Source: an uncultured Nitrospirales bacterium (lineage in GTDB: Bacteria > Hydrogenedentota > Hydrogenedentia > Hydrogenedentales > CAILVY01). From it: a stretch of 64,000 nt of DNA. Both the position numbers and the translations under genes were made by a program. The stretch's first letter is position 1. The number at the start of each line of letters is the position of its first letter. The notes beneath the pieces were generated by a model. The model had not been told where the DNA came from. It worked only from the letters and a program-made list of their open reading frames with translations, and made no database searches. Positions 8,901 through 16,229 of the stretch are shown here, one piece after another. Location: the NCBI GenBank assembly GCA_964474205.1, contig CAYYRW010000006.1, positions 143,772-207,771 on the forward strand. The letters are read 5' to 3'.

Positions 8901-11900
8901 ATTCCACCAGGAACTGCCACGTGCCCGGACTGCTAAAAGTGATGCCTGCCGCTGTGAATGCTGAGGCGGGAAACACAACCTTGCCGCCCGCGCCGGTGGT
9001 TCCCGCCACGGGCCCCGCGGAAGAGGCATCGGGTTTCTTCATCCACAAATTCACCGTTTGCCCTGTCACCAAAGTCTGCAATTGTGCAGGAAGCGGCCCG
9101 CTCAATACCGCCTCCGCTTGCAGGTCGGAAAACCCCATCGGGACCGAGGAGGCATTAAGGCTCAGGGTAAGTGTGGGCTGGGCCTTCTTCACGGCAAAGG
9201 GTGCCCAATTGCTTATCGCGTTTTGGTAATACACATCGCCCGGCCAGGACGCCTGAATCAGCCAGGGGGAGCGTCCCTCGGAGGCTTCCGTGGGATAAAA
9301 CAGGCGTGAATATGCGGTTCCGCCGATGGCTACTGCTTCCGGGAAATCGGTGGCATGTACCCCGGAGGGCGAGTTCGTGGTAAAGCTGACAATGGTTCCA
9401 ACGGGGCTTTTTCCCACAATACTGCCCGAAACCGTCAAGGTCTGCCCCAAGGTGATTTCCGAGGCGCTCAGGATACAGGAGATCGAAGAGGGTTCAAGGG
9501 TAATTTCTCCGTCCTGAATAATAGTGCATTCCGGCGAGGTGGCGGGAGTGCCATCATCCGCCCCATCGTTCGGAGTCACTACGCAATACCACAAATCACC
9601 CACGGTAGTGTCGTCCGCGAACACCCGGCTGCGTGTCGTCTGGTTAAACGCGCTGGTGAATGTGCTGTACGACCCGCCCGAAGGCTTGCGCCACCATGCA
9701 AATGCATACGTAACGGGGTCTCCATCCGCATCCTGGCTGGCGGTCTGAATGGAGCATTCCAGGGTGGTGCTGTCATTCAATTGTGCGGGAAATGTGAGTA
9801 CGGGTGCGCCCGGCGGGGTGTTTACAATCGTCACCGAATCCTCGCCCGGATCGGAATAGTCGCCGCCGTAGTATCCTCGCACGATGCAGGTCCAGGTATC
9901 CCCACGGCTCGTTTCAGAGGCATTTAATGTGTCCACAAGACCAGATTGCGGGCCATGTACAATCGGGGTTCCACCATTGCTCCAGGAGAATTCATACTGC
10001 ACGGAATACGGCGCGCTGGGGGTTGTCACTGTACATACAAGATCATCCGAACTTGTCGGAAAATCCGGAGTGATTTCTACCACAGGCGCTGTCATTGGCC
10101 CCGCTTCGGATGAACGGGTAATTCTGAAACCTATGAAGTAACGATGATCGCCAGGTGTTGTGTGGTTTCGAAAAGCGGAACGGCACGAGTCCCAACTACT
10201 AGGCCAACTTCCACCACGCATGGTACGATCTGATCCGAATCCAGGCCCAATGGGATCGATTTGACTGCCTGTTCCATAACTATCATACCAGTCATGACAC
10301 CATTCATTGACGCCTCCACTCATATCGTAACAACCCGCTGGACTGAAACTGTCAACAGTCGTAATACTGCCGTTTGGACTAATATTCACTCCATTAAACC
10401 ACCCCGCCGGGGAAGTATATGGTTCGGATACCATGCCCATGGGATTAACGTGATTTGGATTGGCATCGTAATAGTTACAGCGGGCCTTACCCGTGAGTGT
10501 GTCGCTTTGGAATCCATAAATCCAATGTGTCGATCCCGAGGTATTCCAACCGGCGGCATATTCCCATTCGGCTTCTGTTGGTAATCGATAACCTCCAGAT
10601 GCAACTGAAAGCGCCCATGTGGTTAGGGTGTAGCAAGGGGTTAACCCCTCCATTTCACTCAACCAGTTACAGAAACATACTGCTCCAAACCAAGAAACCC
10701 AGACCACAGGATGATTCACCATCGAGTATCCATCGCGTGTTTTTGGCGCGAATGTGCCATTCACGAATTGTACATCGCTTGTGCTTTCCGACACCGCTGC
10801 AACCAGTTGCAGACTCCCTTCATCGACATATACATCGCCGCTGGTATAGGCCGCGCCCGTTGAATTCTTGAGATACCCCCGCGCATTGGCCCAATTAAGG
10901 ACTGTGGCGAACTGGCCGTTGGTGATCTCGAACTTGCCAATTTTATAGGGACTCAGCGTCACCTCATGACGCGGCAATTCGTCCGCTCCACCATAGGCGC
11001 CATCGTCCCCATCATCCCGCCGGCCCATCGTGAAGGTTCCCCCAGCCACATCCACCATCGGTATGTGAATAGGCGACCGCGCTACGCGGAAACCCGTGTA
11101 ATTATCGCGGTAGTTCTGTGGCAACCCGCCGGGGCGGTAGGCTGTACGGCTATTGCTTTTAGCGTTTCCCCAAGACCCGCCGCGCATTTCCCTTCCTGTA
11201 CCCGAGACCGGCCCTGTGGGGTCCGTCATGGACCCGCCGCTGTAATACGTGTCAAGGTGTTTATCGTGACACCATTCCCACACATTCCCTGACATGTCAT
11301 AACATCCTGCTGGCGAAGGTGAATCCACCGTTGCGATACTTCCATTGGGACTGACATGAACACCATCAAACCAACCAGCGGGGGAGGTGTAGGGGAGTTC
11401 GGTGAGACCAAGAGGATTTACACCCGAAGGACTCCCATCCCCATAACTACAATGGGCTTTGCCTGTTAGGGTATCCGTCATCATCCCGTAGATCCAGTGC
11501 TTACCGGCATCGGAATCCCATGCGGCCGCCCGTTCCCATTCCGCCTCTGTTGGCAACCGGTATCCATCAGGGTAGGGAGTAATGATCTCCCATGTTTTTA
11601 GATCATAACAGGGTGTCAGCCCCTGGGCCTCGCTTAACCAGTTGCAAAACGCCACGGCGCCATGCCAGGTCACCGTAGTGACAGGATGGTGCTCCATGGA
11701 GTAGGTATCGCGGGTTTTCCATCCGAATGCGCCGTTTGTATAGGTGATCGGGCAATAAGCATGAGTTAAAAATAGGATTTGCTGCCGGTCACCTTCATCC
11801 ACATACACATCACCACTGGAATAGTAGCTGCCATCCGAGTTTTTCAAGTACCCGTGCCCTTTGGCCCAGTTCAGCACCGCCGCAAACTGCCCGTTCGTCA

Positions 11901-14295
11901 CTTCAAACTTACCAATGTTATAGGCGCTCAAGGTCACCTCATGCCGTGGCAACTCTGTGGTCTGGCCATAGGTCCCATCATCCCCATCATCCCGCCGCCC
12001 CATCGTGAAGGTGCCGGAGGAGACGGGAACATTAGGCATCAAGTCCAATGTAGTGACGAAAATGTCATAATCTGTACCCGTAATTCCACCAAGGTTTTCA
12101 TTGGCGGAGTAAATCGCAACCCAGTGCCCCCGGGCATCTGAAGCGATGGAAGCGGTACGATACGGTCCCGTTACCGCATCCTGATTGAGAGATTGGGCCA
12201 AGTACCATGTCGTCCCGCCGTCTTCAGAACGCGACCAATGCAGATCGGCATTCTCATGATTCCATACAACGACATAGTTGCCGGCCTCATCATAATCGAT
12301 GGACAAAGGATAATAGTCATCGGTATCTATTGAATCTCTCTGATTAAGCTGTTTAGGAGTACTCCATGTGATCCCATTGTCCAGGGATTGAGCCATAGCC
12401 ACATCAATGTTCGCATTCCAACGTTGGCTACTCGACCATAGGACGAACCAACGGCCATTACCATCGGTCACAATATTTTGCTGGCTGCCAAATCTATCAT
12501 AGGCTATATCCGTTGCGCCATCGGTATTGACATGCCCCGGTGCGGACCACGTTATTCCATTGTCAACTGACCGCGATGACAGGACATCGTAGTCACTTCC
12601 GGCTATTCCCTCTGGACTGTTAGGGGTTGTCCAAACAACAACCCAAGTCCCTTTTCTATCCGTTGTGATACTGGGAGGATCATCCTCCTCGGTATCCGTT
12701 GATGCCCAAGGACAGAGCGCGGCTGGGCTGGACCATGTACTGCCATTGTCATCGGATCGTGAATACGCGATATCCGTATCCGTCCCCCAGCGGCGGCAAT
12801 GAAACACAACAACCCAACGCCCATTGCCATTTGTGGAGATTTGTGCACTTCCATCATACATGCCACCTGTGGTAATCGCTGATTTGGTACTCCATGTCGC
12901 CCCATTGTCAGTCGATCGTGAAAAAATCACGCCATTATTCCCGTCAGGGACTGCTATCCACCCGCTCCAAACAACAATCCATGTTCCTTTTCCATCTGTG
13001 GCAATCTTCGGATCTCTATGATCCCGATAGTCTGTAGGAGTTCCTCCCGCATTGATAAGAACGGGCGTTGACCATGTATTTCCGCCATCGCTCGAACGAG
13101 CCGCTAAAATGTTATGTTGTGTGTAGCCATTACTGTCGTAGAAATCATCAGCACAAGCCCAAACAGCCACCCAGTTGCCGTTGTGGTCGCTTTCAATATC
13201 GACCTCACGGTCCATAATATCTGAAGCGTCCAAAGCCGCGCGCGCATTTAGTGATCTCTGATGCGACCATTCAAGGCTTGACGACGCAAACTCATATGCG
13301 CCCATATCGGGTCCGCCGCCCCACGTGCGGAGCGTGCCTTCGATGTCTGTGAGAGGTGCGCCGGTGGCGGTGCCAGTATCGATACACGGCGACCCGGCGC
13401 ACAAGCGGAGATCTGTCGTGCTCGCAAAACGCGGATTCTCATTTTTGTTGCCCGTGCCGGTGTATCCGCCTTGCACATCGGAGTAGGTGATTGCCGTACT
13501 GCCGCCGGTATCGACGATCTCTGGAGTAAGACTGTTCCAAAGAATACAGTTTGTCGCCGTAGTGTTAGCGGCATTGTGGTTATGTATTGCGCTGCCGTCA
13601 ACGCTACTGTTGCCGTAAAAAGAGCAGTTCATGATTTGAGGCCAGGCGGCAGGCTGATTGTTAAACAACCCGCCGCCTGAATTTGCAGTGTTATTCAGAA
13701 AGACACAGTTCACCAATGCCGGAGAGCAGGCATAGTTATACATGCCACCGCCCACCGCCGCGGCATTACCTTTGAAGCAGCAATTAGTCACGATGCAGGA
13801 GGCAAGATTGTTATATATTCCTCCGCCTCTGTCATTTTCTCCGCCACCGTTCGCGTTCCCGCCGGTGACGGTGAATCCGTCAATACCCGAATCCTCCGCT
13901 CCGAGGACAACGTGGTAGGCGGCGGAACCCGCACGGGCAGTACTGCCGTCGATAATGGTGGTATGGGCACTCAAATCCCGCTCCGAGCGTTGCGTTTCGT
14001 TACCGGCAAATCCGCCATAGAGCGAAACGGTTGATTTAAGTTCAAGTGCGCCGCTCGCATGCGGACGCGTTTCGCTGTAGGTTCCTTCCGCGACCCAGAC
14101 CTCGCCGCCCCCGGCCGCGGAGGCGGCATTGACCGCCGGTTGGATCGTTTTGAAGGCGGTTGCCCACGATGTGCCGTCTTCCGTGCCGGTGTTGTCCTTG
14201 TCCACGTACCAAGTGGCGGCATTGGCATTCACACCGAGAAAAGCCGCCAACAGCAGAATAGCACCCGTGGCTAAATTACGTGCAAGCGTTAACAT
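5902..14295 (-). CDS. Giant secreted mosaic protein with nine modules: beta-helix, BNR propeller, two FGE-sulfatase domains, Ig/FN3, clan-CD peptidase, dockerin, cohesin, acidic repeats and a C-terminal TM anchor
   Basis: The uninterrupted frame runs 5902..14364 (2820 codons). The likely start is ATG at 14295 (MLTLARNLATGAILLLAAFLGVNANA signal peptide, AAGGAT Shine-Dalgarno 7 nt upstream). The six-frame track's 14364 start adds 23 non-signal residues. Modules, in track aa numbering: beta-helix ~50-360 (GGNANGGGENDRGGGIYNN-type turns); BNR/Asp-box propeller ~385-770 (seven SxDxGxTW boxes, e.g. SRSTDNGATWS, SRSDDNGSTWS, SRSVDNGITWS); FGE-sulfatase 1 at 778-1098 and FGE-sulfatase 2 at 1104-1418 (RLPTEAEWE, GNVWEWCHD, RGGSW); clan-CD peptidase ~1850-2080 (LIDHGG...MGSCYSG); carboxypeptidase-regulatory-like domain ~2355-2430; dockerin ~2440-2505 (DVNGDGALNELDGSDILQW); cohesin-like ~2535-2665; acidic EGMLVEGQ repeats 2667-2777; TM anchor LFIGCLSLMILLGWKNTGKR. 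Confidence 0.85.
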   Translation of the reverse strand: MLTLARNLATGAILLLAAFLGVNANAATWYVDKDNTGTEDGTSWATAFKTIQPAVNAASAAGGGEVWVAEGTYSETRPHASGALELKSTVSLYGGFAGNETQRSERDLSAHTTIIDGSTARAGSAAYHVVLGAEDSGIDGFTVTGGNANGGGENDRGGGIYNNLASCIVTNCCFKGNAAAVGGGMYNYACSPALVNCVFLNNTANSGGGLFNNQPAAWPQIMNCSFYGNSSVDGSAIHNHNAANTTATNCILWNSLTPEIVDTGGSTAITYSDVQGGYTGTGNKNENPRFASTTDLRLCAGSPCIDTGTATGAPLTDIEGTLRTWGGGPDMGAYEFASSSLEWSHQRSLNARAALDASDIMDREVDIESDHNGNWVAVWACADDFYDSNGYTQHNILAARSSDGGNTWSTPVLINAGGTPTDYRDHRDPKIATDGKGTWIVVWSGWIAVPDGNNGVIFSRSTDNGATWSTKSAITTGGMYDGSAQISTNGNGRWVVVFHCRRWGTDTDIAYSRSDDNGSTWSSPAALCPWASTDTEEDDPPSITTDRKGTWVVVWTTPNSPEGIAGSDYDVLSSRSVDNGITWSAPGHVNTDGATDIAYDRFGSQQNIVTDGNGRWFVLWSSSQRWNANIDVAMAQSLDNGITWSTPKQLNQRDSIDTDDYYPLSIDYDEAGNYVVVWNHENADLHWSRSEDGGTTWYLAQSLNQDAVTGPYRTASIASDARGHWVAIYSANENLGGITGTDYDIFVTTLDLMPNVPVSSGTFTMGRRDDGDDGTYGQTTELPRHEVTLSAYNIGKFEVTNGQFAAVLNWAKGHGYLKNSDGSYYSSGDVYVDEGDRQQILFLTHAYCPITYTNGAFGWKTRDTYSMEHHPVTTVTWHGAVAFCNWLSEAQGLTPCYDLKTWEIITPYPDGYRLPTEAEWERAAAWDSDAGKHWIYGMMTDTLTGKAHCSYGDGSPSGVNPLGLTELPYTSPAGWFDGVHVSPNGSIATVDSPSPAGCYDMSGNVWEWCHDKHLDTYYSGGSMTDPTGPVSGTGREMRGGSWGNAKSNSRTAYRPGGLPQNYRDNYTGFRVARSPIHIPMVDVAGGTFTMGRRDDGDDGAYGGADELPRHEVTLSPYKIGKFEITNGQFATVLNWANARGYLKNSTGAAYTSGDVYVDEGSLQLVAAVSESTSDVQFVNGTFAPKTRDGYSMVNHPVVWVSWFGAVCFCNWLSEMEGLTPCYTLTTWALSVASGGYRLPTEAEWEYAAGWNTSGSTHWIYGFQSDTLTGKARCNYYDANPNHVNPMGMVSEPYTSPAGWFNGVNISPNGSITTVDSFSPAGCYDMSGGVNEWCHDWYDSYGTGSQIDPIGPGFGSDRTMRGGSWPSSWDSCRSAFRNHTTPGDHRYFIGFRITRSSEAGPMTAPVVEITPDFPTSSDDLVCTVTTPSAPYSVQYEFSWSNGGTPIVHGPQSGLVDTLNASETSRGDTWTCIVRGYYGGDYSDPGEDSVTIVNTPPGAPVLTFPAQLNDSTTLECSIQTASQDADGDPVTYAFAWWRKPSGGSYSTFTSAFNQTTRSRVFADDTTVGDLWYCVVTPNDGADDGTPATSPECTIIQDGEITLEPSSISCILSASEITLGQTLTVSGSIVGKSPVGTIVSFTTNSPSGVHATDFPEAVAIGGTAYSRLFYPTEASEGRSPWLIQASWPGDVYYQNAISNWAPFAVKKAQPTLTLSLNASSVPMGFSDLQAEAVLSGPLPAQLQTLVTGQTVNLWMKKPDASSAGPVAGTTGAGGKVVFPASAFTAAGITFSSPGTWQFLVEFEGSQNLLATTSEGYDKPESVRLTVKDKAGYAIVVVGKLDATGEGMDEHRKTGDYVYRAFRDRGFAHEDIYYLREGPAQPAADIFVDDRTPSQADVTGAIQNWAVTQMNTSPAPLYIVLIDHGGPSKFYVYSGSYNETRYITPSELAGYLNFLQASLNTASRNQKVALVMGSCYSGSFVEAVSGANRVVITSTSKNEVSHRGVLEKLGLVRDGEAFTTEFFRNAREGKTLKESFERATDKTLTYTATKSNGASALFKQHPLLDDNGDGTGSEARHLAFASGNDGSLAHEMVLGYGVNATGSVGWITSTQTLMLGPADPVGQLFAKATDIPATGHTAWIEVKTPEYAGSTTVDPANEDSQKYIDLPSFDYETAISNLDTGYFRWETFGTTFDAPGTYNVFYYVQDGVTKETSSFLMTTIYRQSATNRPPTLTTLNYPGDGMSVYSTSFFAWTSVTDPDGDPLTYRLEIAEDDSFSTGLRFKEGISVTAVSMSGLQDGQTYYWRVIPVDVYGASPTGSMVRHFIVDNHNPALPGYITGVIKDLATGTPVEGAEVTISPNGTSMSTTARGEYFLPNVAEGTYMLMASKDGYQDASEYVLVSAGAATERDIALEPSSGGSYRWGELTGDARVGTLDASAIGQWRVRLITEFTAYPGVVRPAYPEAADVNGDGALNELDGSDILQWKVGITAQLPADCDGNEFGPDTDCKSSAKNALNIGERQLTLPALSGEPGTQIEVPVALDDATDVRAYFLDITFDETVLTYASFENGSLTSSWGAPNLNTFAGEVLISASSAYALSGSGTLAVLHFQIAADAAGKSSPLQLIAPELNGTQIPVQAVNGSVTVTGGSVEGMPSEGSAEEGEGVTEGEGEEEGMLVEGQTEGEAEGMLVEGQSEGEEEGMLVEGQAEGEGEEEGMLVEGQTEGSSEGDVLEGIMEGDDEGIIEGAEEGALEGETEGEVQPPFSCQCNETDFTLKDWQRLLGDLFIGCLSLMILLGWKNTGKR
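6033..6366 (-). repeat. In-frame imperfect tandem DNA repeats (~42-48 nt units) inside the giant CDS, encoding an acidic (E/G-rich) EGMLVEGQxEGExEE tail
   Basis: The unit ggccttcaacgagcatgccctcttcttcgccttc recurs four or more times on the plus strand (6130-6330). Translated on the minus strand it gives GMLVEGQTEGEAEGMLVEGQSEGEEEGMLVEGQAEGEGEEEGMLVEGQTEG. Confidence 0.7.
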
Positions 14296-14356
14296 ACCCT
14301 TATCCTTTAATCGTTGTCGTTGGTTTTGGGCTGCATCCCATAACCAAAGACTACTT

Positions 14357-15346
14357 TTATTCATTGCATACCGTCCTATCGTCTTCCCCCGCCCTCCGAG
14401 CTATGGAGGACAAGTTGCGGGAATGACGGAAATTTCGCAAACTCATGCAAATGAGCAAGACAGCAAGAATGATCCACACGGGCGGTCCCAGCGGCATGGG
14501 ATGTTCCCTGACAATTCGCACCAGCATGGATTCATAGACGACGGGCAACGCGCCGTCATTCAGTTCAGCACTGAAAATTTCGATGTAGGTGGTTTCGTCG
14601 AGAGGCGCGTCCTCGCGCACACGAAATCGCAAATAGATCACGGTGGCCGAGCCGGAAAATGGCTGGGTGCTATATGCGCCGACGGTGATGCGTCCATTGA
14701 TGGCGGCATTGACCGTGGGCGCGCCCCAGCCCGCAGGCAAGGCGCCGGGGGTGGTTCCGAGGAAATCCAGGAGGTTGGGCGCGTAGGAAAGGGAGAACAC
14801 CAATCCGAGCACGCCCCCGGCATCACGTAATTCTATTGGCAGGGTGAATTCATCGCCGGGCAGGAGGTCCAGGGATACCGGCATCCCCAACACCGCAATG
14901 TCCGCCACGGTCACCGTGCCGTTCTGGGCTGTGGCGACGATAGCCCCGTCGTTGAGTTCCACCTTTCGGAAAAATACCGTGGAAACGGCGCCCAACAGTG
15001 CGGTGGATTTTACCCGGAATTGAATCTGTACAAGGCTGCCCGCGCCCGCGATGGGAACGGTACTGTAACTTGCCACGCTGCATCGTCCGGCACTGGAATT
15101 GAGGATCGGGGCGGGCCAACTGGCCGTGAGCAGGCCGTTCTGGGCGTTTATCACCTCAAAATCAGTGGAATACCCCAGTTCAAAGTAATACCCGAGCACC
15201 CCGGATACGGCGGTAACGGTGATGGGCAGGGTAAACGTCTCTCCCGGCGCCGCCACGATGGAATCCGGTACACTCACACTGACGGTTGCTCCGGCCAATG
15301 AAGCAACCACCCACATGCCTAATGCCAACAACCCACTTGCCCGCAC
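14357..15346 (-). CDS. Membrane-anchored protein with two cohesin-like domains (scaffoldin/anchor-like)
   Basis: 329 aa with a signal peptide (MRASGLLALGMWVVASLAGA). Two repeats resemble the cohesin module of the giant protein (VSVPDSIVAAPGETFTLPITVTAVSGVLGYYFELGYS... and MPVSLDLLPGDEFTLPIELRDAGGVLGLVFSLSY...). A C-terminal TM segment (PPVWIILAVLLICMSL) is followed by basic residues. It sits 61 nt upstream of the giant gene. Confidence 0.65.
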   Translation of the reverse strand: MRASGLLALGMWVVASLAGATVSVSVPDSIVAAPGETFTLPITVTAVSGVLGYYFELGYSTDFEVINAQNGLLTASWPAPILNSSAGRCSVASYSTVPIAGAGSLVQIQFRVKSTALLGAVSTVFFRKVELNDGAIVATAQNGTVTVADIAVLGMPVSLDLLPGDEFTLPIELRDAGGVLGLVFSLSYAPNLLDFLGTTPGALPAGWGAPTVNAAINGRITVGAYSTQPFSGSATVIYLRFRVREDAPLDETTYIEIFSAELNDGALPVVYESMLVRIVREHPMPLGPPVWIILAVLLICMSLRNFRHSRNLSSIARRAGEDDRTVCNE

Positions 15347-15717
15347 TACCCAGCCCTTTCATACCCAACTACTGTCTCTACCGTCTGAAGTTCCCTATCT
15401 TTGTCCCGAACGGCAACATACCTGTATTGAGGAAGGATTCTTGCCATTTCTAAGAACCTCCGAAGGCTCCACAACACCTTCCTCACCGGTCAAGACCAAC
15501 TATACACCGAGGGCATGACAAATGCAAATGAACTAGAGGCTGGGGGCTAGAGAGTCGAGGCTAGAGGCCTGAGCGCTGACGGCTGTAGAAAAGACACAAA
15601 TTGCACTGATATGCATGGATTTTCGGAGGCAAACGGAAACACCAAACCACCCGGCGGGCGCGCCGCGCTATCGCATGGGCGAAACTTCCCGCCGGGGCGT
15701 AGGCGTTTATGAAAATA

Positions 15718-15873
15718 TCAGGCCTCTTTATTGGCCTTCGAATTCGCGATGGCAGTCGAAATAGAGGTGATGATGGGCCCGATAGCTTCGAGCAGGGCGG
15801 TAATTATGCTGAGGGTGTCGCCCCCTGTATCAAACCACGATGCGGCCTTTGAGACGGGTTTGATGTGTTTCAT
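15718..15873 (-). CDS. Small (51 aa) amphipathic/hydrophobic peptide, hypothetical
   Basis: MKHIKPVSKAASWFDTGGDTLSIITALLEAIGPIITSISTAIANSKANKEA. A strong Shine-Dalgarno (AAGGAGAACATTCG) lies before the ATG (reverse complement of 15871-15873). It is below the six-frame track's 60-aa cutoff and sits in an otherwise empty 880-bp gap. Confidence 0.4.
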   Translation of the reverse strand: MKHIKPVSKAASWFDTGGDTLSIITALLEAIGPIITSISTAIANSKANKEA

Positions 15874-16054
15874 CGAATGTTCTCCTTGGTTTCCGATGTC
15901 TTCAGGTCGTTATCCATGCCAACCATGTATACCACACCATACCCCACTCGTTACCGTGGAAACAAGTATTTTTCCGCGCCCCACGCCTTCGCGCCCTCAA
16001 TTATCCGCCATTCGAGTATGTCCTGAATGACACGTGCGTTAACAACGAATCCAA

Positions 16055-16210
16055 AACCAAGCGAAAAACCCGGGACTGACGCAAGCGGGACCGCCCCTGT
16101 GCAAAACCTGTATCCGGCAACGTATTTCAAACATGGGCGGGTGAGACGGGGCTGTCCCTGCTTTTTCGCGTACTTCAGTACCACACGCGTATCTACGTGC
16201 CATTCGGGGC
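16055..16210. repeat. Copy A of a ~150-nt intergenic repeated element with long terminal stem (gcgaaaaacccgggac ... gtccctgctttttcgc)
   Basis: About 80% identical to 43352..43500 over roughly 150 nt. The outer arms are inverted repeats with compensatory differences between the two copies. Confidence 0.55.
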
Positions 16211-16229
16211 TGTCCTGGCGTATCGCGTA

